NCBI GenBank assembly: GCA_048013815.1
Contig: CM106585.1
Location: 7,812,001-7,876,000 of the forward strand
DNA: 64,000 nucleotides
Direction of reading: 5' to 3'
Source: Setoptus koraiensis
Taxonomy: Eukaryota > Animalia > Arthropoda
This document shows, in pieces, positions 45,625 through 55,810 of this stretch. Made by a program: the position numbers and the translations under genes. Numbering within the stretch: the stretch's first letter is position 1; each line of letters starts with the position of its first letter. The notes under the pieces were generated by a model. It searched no databases, was not told the origin of the DNA, and worked only from the letters and a program-made list of their open reading frames with translations.

Positions 45625-48366
45625 ATGGCATCTGAGAGGCGGGCTTGCTGGATTGACCTGTTGCCCGCAGAAATTCTATATATAATACTTGGCCATCTGA
45701 GCGATTACACAGATCGTTACCATTTATCCCTGTTGTCGGACAGATTAGCAAGTGTGGTACTGGAATCATACAAATCCCTTCGGACAATTGAAAGTCTATC
45801 ACTTGATGATTACAAGGCAAACACGGTCGACTTTGAGGCGCTTGAGCCCATTCTAAAGACAGCCTCTAACCTCAAAACACTGAAACTGACCAACCGATAT
45901 GGACAAAATGTGGTCAGAAGATTGGGACCGGACTCACATTATATTGTTACGGACAATTGTCCCCAATTGACAAGCTTGGATGTATCCGGTGTCTCGATTG
46001 CCCCATCCGAGCTAGTTTCGATGATGAAAAAATGCGATACAATTTCTTCGTTGAACATAGTTGATGCAAGGTTCGATGATCTGAACGAGATGCCAATCAT
46101 AGAACATCGGGCGTTCATTCAAATTGAGCGAAATGATAGATGTACTTACGAACCCGACTATTCCCCAAACTATGTTGTCTCTCGAATGTTACCAGCCCCT
46201 AGGAGGCCCCTTCAATCTCCACCCAGGAGGCTGATTCCCGGTCGAATCCGACGAGTTCCGGCCGATGGTAGAGACCTTCAATCGATATCTTTCCCAGCCC
46301 CTTATGGTGAATCAACCACGAAAGAGGAGATTCTTTTGAAAAGAGAATTGGCATTTTATGATGATTGGCTGTCAGAGGACCTCACTGATTTCTATCAGCA
46401 ATTTGAAGAAATACTATGGACAAAAATCCACGAACAGGGCCACTATAGCTACATTGCAACAATAAAAAAAGGCAAGATCAATCGATCTTTCCTACACGAA
46501 ATTGATAAATTTACCAATTTGGAATTGTCAGAACATGACATGATGGGTGACACTATATGGTCAGCGCGAGGGTGGCTTCATCAAGACAGTCACATCCAGT
46601 TAAACAAATGTCTGCGTGTCAAAGTTAGAAATGTTGGTGGTCAAAACAGGACCTGGTATCACGTTGAGGCCATGCCTACCAAGGGTCTATTTAGGATAAC
46701 TAATGCCAATCTTCGGAATATACACCTAGAGAGGAAAGAAATGCTAACAAATGGTCTCAAGCAAATATCTTGTGACTATTTGCTTCGTTCAGTCGTTCTT
46801 GCAGGAAAGAATGAATTTTCGATATTTGCTCGAAGAAACAAACTGAGATCTGTATCACAAGACCATATCACGTTGGGCGATGATTGTAATCTCAATGAGA
46901 GTCAGGTAAACGCTATCAAGACCTCGTTGTGCAACAGGATCAGTCTGATAATGGGGCCGCCCGGCACAGGCAAGACATTTACCTCTGCAATGTTGGCCTC
47001 AAAACTGTTCGAAACACGTTCTTGTATAAACTCTAAGATACTGATATGTGGATCGAGCAACATCGCAGTAGACATTATAGCAGACAAAATCCGAGAACTG
47101 GGCCTACTCAGAGTGGTGAGAATCAGTTCTGAGTACAACATGAAAAAACATGATGGTAATTCTGAGCCTTACTATTTGAATAAGCTTCTAGAAGACAGGA
47201 TCAAGGTGAAGACAGGTGAAGAAAGTTTCTTACCAGAACCGTTCAGAGGATTACGTGAAATGCTTTCTCAAGAGAAATACTTAAACCGCCATGAGAGATA
47301 TGAAATGTATGATCGGAGGAGGAGATGCGAGCAACTTATACTGGACGAATCTCAGGTGATTTGCTGCACATGTAATGGCGTTCCCAAATTACTAAGCTAT
47401 ATAAACGGCAAATATATATTCGATTCGATAATTGTTGACGAGTGCAGCCAAATCAGCGTTCCGGAAGGTTTGTTGCTCCTGCAATTCCTGCCCAGACGCA
47501 TAGTGCTAGTTGGGGACGACAATCAATTGGGACCAGTGATAAAGGACACGCTGAAGAAGAAATATAATTGCGAAAACACTGTCCTATATAACAAACTTAA
47601 AGGTGTCGGTTTCAAGCCGATCATGTTGGATGTTCAGTACCGCATGCATCCAGAAATAGTGAAATTTCCCAACAAGCATTTTTATCAAGGCAAGATAGCG
47701 AACGGCATCCAAGCCAGCGACAGACAATGGACTGGACACGAAAACAAATGTCCTTTTCCCAAACCGGACAGGCCTATATATTTCCAATGTCATAATTCAA
47801 TGGAGAGCTCTAGAGATCATTCTACATCATGGATCAATGACGGAGAAGTCGAAGTTGTTGTGGCTACCATTCAGATTTTGCTCTCGAGAGGTATACAGAA
47901 GAATGAGATCGGGGTCATCACACCCTACAAAGATCAAAGTAACCTCATCAAAAATCGACTGAAGCCCAGAGATGACAAGGGAAAGATAATTAAGACAGAG
48001 CCTTCGAATGACATCATCGAAGTAGACACTGTCGATGCTTACCAGGGTCGCGACAAAAATTACGTTATTGTTTCATTGGTCAGATCTAGGAACTGTACTG
48101 GTTTCATTTCAGATAGAAAACGACTCAATGTGACGCTGACCAGGGCAAAATACGGCCTTGTAATTATCGGAAACGCGCTCGCTTTGGCCAATAACCCATT
48201 GCTCAATCTCCTAATCAAGGATTGTTCTAGCAGAGGCCTATTGTACTCAGATTTTTTGTCAGAAAAATCTCGATCCCTCACATTCAAAGAACTTGTGATG
48301 CAAGACCACAGTATCTCAGAGGTTGTAAGTTCAGTGATGAGAGATCTCATAAATAAAGTGAGATAG
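45625..48366 (+). CDS. F-box/LRR - UPF1-like SF1B helicase fusion (~913 aa)
   Basis: N-terminal F-box (IDLLPAEILYIILGHL...DRYHLSLLSDRL), LRR-like segments (LKTLKL, NCPQLTSLDVSG, CDTISSLNI), a Pro/Arg linker, then a complete UPF1-type helicase with all motifs intact. All in one uninterrupted ORF. Confidence 0.88.
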   Translation: MASERRACWIDLLPAEILYIILGHLSDYTDRYHLSLLSDRLASVVLESYKSLRTIESLSLDDYKANTVDFEALEPILKTASNLKTLKLTNRYGQNVVRRLGPDSHYIVTDNCPQLTSLDVSGVSIAPSELVSMMKKCDTISSLNIVDARFDDLNEMPIIEHRAFIQIERNDRCTYEPDYSPNYVVSRMLPAPRRPLQSPPRRLIPGRIRRVPADGRDLQSISFPAPYGESTTKEEILLKRELAFYDDWLSEDLTDFYQQFEEILWTKIHEQGHYSYIATIKKGKINRSFLHEIDKFTNLELSEHDMMGDTIWSARGWLHQDSHIQLNKCLRVKVRNVGGQNRTWYHVEAMPTKGLFRITNANLRNIHLERKEMLTNGLKQISCDYLLRSVVLAGKNEFSIFARRNKLRSVSQDHITLGDDCNLNESQVNAIKTSLCNRISLIMGPPGTGKTFTSAMLASKLFETRSCINSKILICGSSNIAVDIIADKIRELGLLRVVRISSEYNMKKHDGNSEPYYLNKLLEDRIKVKTGEESFLPEPFRGLREMLSQEKYLNRHERYEMYDRRRRCEQLILDESQVICCTCNGVPKLLSYINGKYIFDSIIVDECSQISVPEGLLLLQFLPRRIVLVGDDNQLGPVIKDTLKKKYNCENTVLYNKLKGVGFKPIMLDVQYRMHPEIVKFPNKHFYQGKIANGIQASDRQWTGHENKCPFPKPDRPIYFQCHNSMESSRDHSTSWINDGEVEVVVATIQILLSRGIQKNEIGVITPYKDQSNLIKNRLKPRDDKGKIIKTEPSNDIIEVDTVDAYQGRDKNYVIVSLVRSRNCTGFISDRKRLNVTLTRAKYGLVIIGNALALANNPLLNLLIKDCSSRGLLYSDFLSEKSRSLTFKELVMQDHSISEVVSSVMRDLINKVR

Positions 48367-48851
48367 ATCAACATCTGCAAGTTGATTAGTAATCGTTCAT
48401 ATTTATTTGTCCTAAACTGGCTGGATCGCTCTCTTTTGCACAGTCCTGCACAGGAATTTTTATAGTGAGATCCATTCGTTTGCATTTTTCTAACCAAAAT
48501 ATAAATAGATTGTATATCTCGTTCCTTTCGGCACCCATGCACTATGGCTTTTTGTTGTTCGAACCACTCATGAAAGTTTCATGAACATATTCTGCTGAAG
48601 AGCATCGTTTATCCGGTTAGCGCAAACAGAAGAATTGTAAAGAATTGGGGCTGTCATGAACGAATCGTCGCGGACATTTTCAGCACTCGCTCTTACAAAG
48701 CTTCAAACGAAATCAAAAATAGATTTCTATCAGATGCTCAACTCGAGTTAGGTGATATTCTACGGTGACAAAATTCAGAATTTCAAAATAGGTATCCAGA
48801 AATAAAATGACAAATAGAAGAGACGAATTGTTCCATTTTCAAATACACAGG

Positions 48852-48858
48852 TATAAAA
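48852..48858 (+). promoter_or_regulatory. Candidate TATA box of the small secreted protein gene
   Basis: GTATAAAA ~130 bp upstream of ATG 48980. Confidence 0.45.
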
Positions 48859-48979
48859 TGAGCCACCATATGGGTTGAGCTGCTTAGATCGATTTTGGTC
48901 GTCAAATTGAACTATTGAAAAAAGATTTCGCCACAGATCTTACATAACTTCGAATCGTGTGCAACCGGAAATATTTACA

Positions 48980-49486
48980 ATGAAGAATACAATGAAAGTG
49001 GTTGCAGCAGTTTTACTGTTGACAATTGTTTGTGGGGTCGCATCAGCAACACTAGTTGATAAGTTAAAAAATAAATGTACCGGTTGCTTCAAGCCGTCCC
49101 CGACCCACGAAACTCCCGATGAACAGCACCATTCAGAGTCAAAAGAAAAACATGATGAAGGTAAAGACGAAAAGAAAGAGGGACTAGCGGATAAAATTAT
49201 CGACAAGTTGAAGGACAAAGATTTTCAAGAAAAATTATTGGAAAAGGGCAAAAAGATGCTCGATAAGAAGTCAAAAAAAGGAAAAGGTGAAAAATACGGA
49301 GAGCATGAAGACCGATACGAGAGAGAGGAATACGGAGATGAGTACGAGAGAGAACACGAACGTTCATATGGAAGAGAAGAACACGAAGGTTCATATGGGA
49401 GAGAGTATGAAAATTCGCGGCGCGAGGAGAGCTTTCGACGTTCAGATAGTTCGAGTAGTTCAGATGGTGGTTACGACTCCGATTAG
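48980..49486 (+). CDS. Secreted hydrophilic protein with KS-type dehydrin-like layout
   Basis: Signal peptide MKVVAAVLLLTIVCGVASA, K-segment-like EKKEGLADKIIDKLK, a Lys-rich stretch, YG(R/E)E repeats, and C-terminal RRSDSSSSSDGGYDSD. The CDS is well supported; the family assignment is tentative. Confidence 0.75.
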   Translation: MKNTMKVVAAVLLLTIVCGVASATLVDKLKNKCTGCFKPSPTHETPDEQHHSESKEKHDEGKDEKKEGLADKIIDKLKDKDFQEKLLEKGKKMLDKKSKKGKGEKYGEHEDRYEREEYGDEYEREHERSYGREEHEGSYGREYENSRREESFRRSDSSSSSDGGYDSD

Positions 49487-50018
49487 GAATGGTGAAATAT
49501 ATTATTAGTACCTATTATCCATATCAATCTAGAATCGATCTCCCATCTGATCATCGAGTCAGCTAGTTGGACGACGAAGCATGAGTTTTGCATTGTTTCC
49601 CTCCCTCACTTGATGACGATAGCTAGTGATTGATTAGCAGACAAAAAAAAACACAAATAAATACAAATAAATCATGACTTGGAGTGACAGTTTTCCTTTC
49701 TCATTTTCTCAACAAGTATTGTATGTTAAATAGATTATGTAGCTCAGACCTCTTTATTTGATGATAGAAAATTATGGTCTTGAATAGGTTTTAGGCTTTT
49801 CCGCCAGCATAATCATTTATGCCTTAACGTTCTCATTATTCTGGCTGCATCGTCAGCAGTGACGCTGATTGAGTGATTCCAGTCATCTCGCGCTTGATTC
49901 ACCAAACAGATGACTTTGAGCTGGTGAAACAATTAAACCGAATCGGTCGTTTGCTCTAGACCAGCCTTTTGCTGAACTATGACAACTATCAGATGACAAT
50001 AAGTGTTAACTTAAAATA

Positions 50019-51545
50019 ATGAGGTTCGGACACAAGAGGCACCAACTGACGTCAATTCTTTCATTTGTTGGACTAATTATGTGCACAAACGGATATTTAG
50101 CCAAGAAGATATTTGACATGACTTATGGGGGTTATGAATGTGTAGATTTCGAAGACCGAAAAACCTATAGCATAGTTGTGTCATACATCCACAACCATTC
50201 TGAATATATACATTTTGGTATCCCTAACTGTGGGTTCAAATTGGATCAAAACGGGCAAATGCCTCCAGCTAATGAGGGGATGGAATTGATTGTTGGTTCT
50301 TTCGATCTAGTTGCAGATGTGAAGATAACAGTCTATAGGTCTTATACATATTTTGCAGTAATATCCAATAGAATGGTACTGTCACCAAAGTTTTTTTACA
50401 TTAGTAACGTTACAAAATTGACACATTTCAATTATACCTGTAAAGAGGACATCAATGATTTGTTTCAGGACAACGCCTTTGAAGAATCAAAACCAAAACA
50501 GGCTTATTTATCACCAGCAAGAATATTCGATAGCTCATGGGACAGTGGTATGGATATGTTTTATACAATGACGTGTAATCACATCTCTCTAGGCAATACA
50601 CCGGGTCGTTATTTTCAAATAATGCCTCCGGCAAAAAGTAAAACTACTTTAAATATTGGTTTCTATTTTGGGTCTAATAGTAGTGAAATGACCACAACTA
50701 GTAGAAAATTCATTGTTAAGGATGGTCATTTCAAGTTTCCTTGTAATGGTACTTGCTGTGGAGATAAGTTACCGACGCTGGGCAAAACAGTGATTAGTAT
50801 AATTGGGTTTAAATTAAAAGGAAATTTAGAAAAAATGTTCGATAGACACGAAGAGATTATCAAGAATTGTCCGATAACGATAAAAATGGACCTAACTGAC
50901 GCATTGACTGATAAAGATGATGGTTTAGGCATTGAGAGGATGGCCCAATTGGGCTACAAATTTGAACAAAGCGGACCGAAGGATCTCTTTATTGATTGTT
51001 CAAATAACATTACATGTGGCTTAATCGCTTCTTCAAATCATCTCAAGTCCAATCTGAAAGCTATGTGTGAATTTCCAGGAACAAATGTTACTTCTATTCT
51101 ATTGGCACCCGATGTTAAACTTCCGTGTGAAAAAAAGAAGGGATCCCGATTGGGTCTTTGGCTAGCTGTGGCATCATTTGCAATAGTGTTCTTAGCAACA
51201 GTAATATATATGGTGTATTATTTCATGGTGCGCGGAGGAAACAATCGGGGTAGAGTACAAAAACGAGAAACACCGAGGATGAGATCCGGTCTGACGTTGC
51301 CAATGCAGCGCTTGAAAGCAGTGAATGCCATGTCGAGCGCCTCAGGTCCAAAGACCATTGCAAGCTCGATCACTATTGAAGGAGTGGCCAAGATGCCTAT
51401 TAGAAGCGCGGGAAGTGTTGACATATCTCGTGCTAGCAGTGTCTACAACCCAAACACTACGGGAAGTTCAGGAACTCTGAGGCCCACTATTAAGAAAGGT
51501 CTCGGCTTACCAAGACTTCCTAGAAGTCCAGGATTTTCTGCTTGA
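50019..51545 (+). CDS. Orphan type I membrane protein (508 aa)
   Basis: Signal-like N-terminus, Cys-containing ectodomain with several N-x-S/T sites, TM LGLWLAVASFAIVFLATVIYMVYYFMV, and a basic Ser/Thr-rich cytoplasmic tail. No family recognised. Confidence 0.75.
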   Translation: MRFGHKRHQLTSILSFVGLIMCTNGYLAKKIFDMTYGGYECVDFEDRKTYSIVVSYIHNHSEYIHFGIPNCGFKLDQNGQMPPANEGMELIVGSFDLVADVKITVYRSYTYFAVISNRMVLSPKFFYISNVTKLTHFNYTCKEDINDLFQDNAFEESKPKQAYLSPARIFDSSWDSGMDMFYTMTCNHISLGNTPGRYFQIMPPAKSKTTLNIGFYFGSNSSEMTTTSRKFIVKDGHFKFPCNGTCCGDKLPTLGKTVISIIGFKLKGNLEKMFDRHEEIIKNCPITIKMDLTDALTDKDDGLGIERMAQLGYKFEQSGPKDLFIDCSNNITCGLIASSNHLKSNLKAMCEFPGTNVTSILLAPDVKLPCEKKKGSRLGLWLAVASFAIVFLATVIYMVYYFMVRGGNNRGRVQKRETPRMRSGLTLPMQRLKAVNAMSSASGPKTIASSITIEGVAKMPIRSAGSVDISRASSVYNPNTTGSSGTLRPTIKKGLGLPRLPRSPGFSA

Positions 51546-52108
51546 AACGCTATTTAATCACTTGTATTCTCGCAATCTATACAATCGGCTGAATAAATAA
51601 GCTAACACGAGGCTCGAATTTCTGCTTTTCTCCTCCCGCCAGGCGGCGTGTGTGTGTGTGCAGTATGTGCGGGTTGTGTGCGGAGTGCGTGCCGTGCGTG
51701 AGCGGCGTGTATGCGGTATCCCGCGTACCGCGCACTGTGCACAAAGGTGCACTGTGCGGTATACCCGGGATATTTACCCCTCTTCACCCAATTTCACGTA
51801 ACGTTATTAACGTTACGTGCTCGTCTGCTATGTGTGTACCTTACGCGCCAATCGGTAATCAATTACATGTGTCAACAAGTTGTCACTTGTGATTGATTAC
51901 CGATTTTACACGGCTTCATTCATCGAAAAAGCCTAAATTTATTGAAATTTCCATTTATTCGCAATTCTTTTGGAAAAAAATTTTCATATTTCACTTTTTG
52001 AGGACTATTGGCACTTGTTGATTTATTATTTATTACATTTGGACCCCTTTCTTGGATTTTTTGACTTTTTTGTATTGCCTGCGGAGCCCTTGTCGTTTGT
52101 CTTTTGTG

Positions 52109-52246
52109 ATGTCTCAACGGCGATCCACCCATCACGCTACGGAGGCAGAAAAGTGTGCCATTATTGAGGCCAAAATTGACGGATATCCAGTGACTACCAT
52201 TTCCAAGCAATTTTCTATCTCTCGGAAGTCGATTTATGTCATTTTT
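52109..52246 (+). mobile_element. Tc1/mariner-like transposase 5' fragment (first HTH), interrupted
   Basis: MSQRRSTHHATEAEKCAIIEAKIDGYPVTTISKQFSISRKSIYVI fits the paired-like HTH pattern of Tc1-type transposases. The frame ends exactly where the AGCGCTTAATTTTAAT module begins (52247). Confidence 0.6.
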
Positions 52247-52332
52247 AGCGCTTAATTTTAATCAAGCGCTAAAGATGTAGTGACGTTGGATCCTAAATGG
52301 AGGAGCGATCTACACACAAGCCTACAATTTTG

Positions 52333-52562
52333 AGTCGCTCCGCCTCCCTAGCACACAGTAAGCTTCAGCTTGATTAAGACTTAAGTCGCTGCGCTCTCTA
52401 GCACACGGTAAGCTTCAGCTTGATTGAGACTTAAGTAACTCCACCTCCTTAGCACACAGTAAGCTACAGCTTGATTGAGTTGCTCTGCTTCCCTAGCACA
52501 GTGTAAGCTACACACTATTTCCAGACTTGAGTCGATCCGCCCTCAGCACATAGTGAGCTACA
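52333..52562 (+). repeat. ~50-bp minisatellite x5 (GCACACAGTAAGCTTCAGCTTGATT.AGACTTAAGTCGCTCC..); inverted array of the same family at 54725-54975
   Basis: Unit starts at 52351, 52401, 52452, 52496 and 52546. Reverse-complement units (gtgctagggaggcggagcgacttaagtctcaatcaa) occur at 54740 onward. Confidence 0.85.
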
Positions 52563-52809
52563 CATGGCTGCTTACAAGATCGCACGATCTTATGCGTCAT
52601 AAAGACGATCAATACAGATCATAGACAGCGTACTAATTGGACCAATTAGTCCAATTAGCGCTTAAGATAATATATGAATAATACGATAGCCATAACCAAA
52701 ATATGTAAATGATTATATAATAAATATAGTAGTCGACTGACTATAAATAGGAGCGCCAAACCTCCTATCTATAGTCAGTCACGACTAGTTGACAGATAAG
52801 CTTACATAT

Positions 52810-53817
52810 GGGTTATTGTTCGGAACACGTACCACACCCAATTTGGGTATTTTGGGTATTTTTGGGTAGGGTATTGTGCCCTGATACCCGAATGGGTATT
52901 CCGGAAGTGCGGAAATTCTTCGTTCCCGAGTTACCCGAGGTACCGCATTGTGGGTATTTTAGGGTATTTGGAGGCATATTGACGATACAATCGATCGTAC
53001 CCACCCGAACGGACATCGGTTAGGGTTCCGAGATCTTTATACCGAAGGTAGATTGCAACTAGAAGCTCTAGAAGTCGAGTAAAAGCAATCGAACTAGATG
53101 GGCGTGACCGATGCGCGCGGCGCGGAGTGAAACTGCACCCGCAATTAGTCAGACTACACACCGAGTCTCAGCGCGTGCACTATTACTATTTACTACAAGT
53201 TGCGCGTGCCTATTCACGTGTGGACCAGATTCACGTACATCACACGATCAGGGATATATCCCCAAACTTTTGGGATTGTACAACCGGAGAAGAGTACCAC
53301 AGTCGAGCAGGTTGGGCCCGGGCCGGAAGAGGGGTTCGGCCTCCAGTCGTCCACGCCTACGGCCTGCGGCCTCCGGCGGGACCACTGACGGCCACCAAAC
53401 TAAAAAAGATTCTTCCCGAGGAATGGGAGTCGAGTGGGCGGGGCCCGTGATCGAGCCGGGTTTCTTTCATATATGGTGTGAACCCGTTTTAGAGACCGTA
53501 ACTAGGTGGTAGCACAGCCGAATCGCGTCAGTTTGCAAACCGGAAGTGTGACTTGCACTTATTGTCAAATCGCTGACGAGTTGATGTAAGAGATTTATCT
53601 CAACGCTATCACATAGATAGCATCTGGATCTAGACAATCATACAAAAATCTAAGGTCTGGGGCCCCTCAGAGGCCCGAAAAATGCATTTTTCCATATCTC
53701 CGGAAGTAGAAATTTCCGCACTTCCGGAATACCTTTTCCGGTCTCAGGGCATCATACTCTACCCAAAAATACCCAGAATACCCAAATTGGGCGTGGTACG
53801 TGTTAGATAGAATAACC
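52810..53817. mobile_element. ~1-kb non-autonomous element with ~110-bp imperfect terminal inverted repeats (GGTTATT...GGGTATTTTGGG...CCGGAAGTGCGGAAATT family)
   Basis: 52810-52918 matches the reverse complement of 53710-53817. No TSD or coding capacity seen. Confidence 0.65.
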
Positions 53818-53844
53818 AAATTTTCTTTCCAACAATGTTAAGTA

Positions 53845-54484
53845 TGTAATCCTGTGTAGCACAACGGATTATATACTTTACAAGGGTACTAGATAATGTT
53901 CTACAATTATAGCAATTGAGTTGAGTTAAAGAAGGAGTGCCTAGTCCAAGCTCTTTTCGACTTGCGTCACAAGGAACATCTTATTGCTCTTAAGAAGCTA
54001 TGGGCACGACTCAATACTTTTCGAACGGGGTGCAATGTCTACTAGGTATTCAGTGAGATAGATGCTTATCGAGAGTGATGAATTAGGAATTGGGAATTTG
54101 TGTTCACTACTTTACTTTTGATACTTTACTACTGACTTGTATTTATTCTGTCTTGACTTATTCGCTATTTTGGCTGTTAACCTAGAAGAATAAAGAGCCA
54201 AGGCAATGTATATACTATGGTACTGGTAGTCTTTATTGATAGTGATAGGAATACAAGTGAAGTATTTGGCATTACTGCTCTCCCTTATATAGTCTCCTCT
54301 GTGGGAGGAGCTTATGTAGGGGAGGAGCTTACATGATATGCTAGGCGGAGTCTCATCGTGATGGGAGGAGTCCCATCACGATGGGAGGAGTTCAGAGCTG
54401 CTATGGGAGGAGTTTGTGCTTTTACACACAGAGTATCATCAAAACGGATAGGTGGGAACATGTTCAGATATCACGATATTTACA
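53845..54484 (-). mobile_element. Possible solo LTR
   Basis: TGT...ACA ends. On the minus strand a TATATAAG (~54290) is followed by AATAAA (~54235), with GGGAGGAG repeats in the U3-like part. No TSD found. Confidence 0.3.
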
Positions 54485-54620
54485 TGATTTACCTAATTAA
54501 AATTAAGTGCTCTGTGAGACAGTGCTAGCTGTCCTTAGAAAGTTCCAAGAATTTATCTTGGTGAGAACAGTTTCAAAAATGCCACGTTCTCAATTACCCT
54601 TCGTGCCCGGAAACGGCTCA

Positions 54621-54722
54621 GATACTTCAACACAGGAATTGAGAGACTCTAATCTCCATAGAGTCAACATGTGTAATGTTTAGATACTTTAACACAGGAA
54701 TTGAGAGACTCAAATCTCCAAC
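54621..54722 (+). repeat. ~60-62-bp repeat (GATACTT.AACAC.GGAATTGAGAGACTC.AATCTCCATAGAGT.AACATGTGTAATGTTTA); second array at 59721-59855
   Basis: Unit starts at 54621 and 54683, and at 59721, 59781 and 59843. Confidence 0.85.
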
Positions 54723-55179
54723 CAGACTGTAGCTTTCTTTGTGCTAGGGAGGCGGAGCGACTTAAGTCTCAATCAAACTGTAGCTCACTGTGTATTAGAG
54801 GGTGGAGCGACTCAAGTCTCAAACTAATGTGTAGCTTAATGTGTGCAAGGGAGGAGGAGGAGTGACTTAAGTCTGAATCACGCTGCAGCTTCTGTGTGCT
54901 GGAAGGAGGAGGAGTGACTTAAGTCTGAATCAAGCTGCAGCTAACCGTGTGCTAGGGAGGAGGAATGACTTAAGTTGTCACTCCACGCTATTTGAAATAG
55001 CTTAACCTATCTCGTTATAGCATCGATCCAATTCCTCACTATACATTAACCTCTGCATGAGCCCGAGATTTACAAGTAATACTGATCAAATCAGTATTTC
55101 GAGCGCTTAATTTTTCGTGTGGACAAGTATTGTTGAAGGATTCAAAGGAGTTTATTACAACCTGTTAACCACCGAACTT

Positions 55180-55810
55180 CAAAATGTGACCATCAAACAT
55201 AGACCATCGAACACTGACCACCGAACATCGAACGAGCAGATGAAACTATCATCAGAAAATCGAATTTTCAATTTCGAATTTCGAAGTTCGAATTGTGGCC
55301 ACCGAACTTCGAATTGTAACCATCGAACATCGAACGAGCAGATGAAACTATCACTAGAAAATCGAATTTTCAATTTCGAATTTCGAAGTTCGAAATGTGA
55401 CCATCGAACTCTGACCATCGAACATCGAACGAGCAGATGAAACTATCATCAGGAATTCGAATTTTCAATTTCGAATTTCGAAGTTCGAAATGTAACCATC
55501 GAACTCCGACAGAGCAGATGAAACTCTCATCAGAAATTCGAATTTTCAATTTCGAATTTCGAAGTTCGAATTGTGACCATCGAACTCTGGCCATAGAACT
55601 AGAACACTCAACCACTAACTTCGAACGAACAGCTGAAACTCTCATCAGGAATTCGAATTTTCAATTTTCGAATTTCGAGGTTCGAAATGTTACCACCGAA
55701 CTCTGACCATAGAACTTAGAACACTCAACCACTAACTTTGAACGAGCAGCTAAAACTCTTATTAGAAATTCGAATTTTCAATTTTGAAGTTCGATTTGTC
55801 ACCACCGAGC
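55180..55810. repeat. TTCGAA-rich minisatellite, 6 units of 81-117 bp
   Basis: GATGAAACT.TCATCAG.AA.TCGAATTTTCAATTTCGAATTTCGAAGTTCGAA starts at 55239, 55341, 55436, 55517, 55632 and 55749. Confidence 0.92.

Noticed and set aside
55117-55810. Regular TTCGAA repeats as a CRISPR-like array or coding repeat
   Set aside because: Eukaryotic context, no unique spacers, variable unit length and no cas genes; this is a minisatellite.
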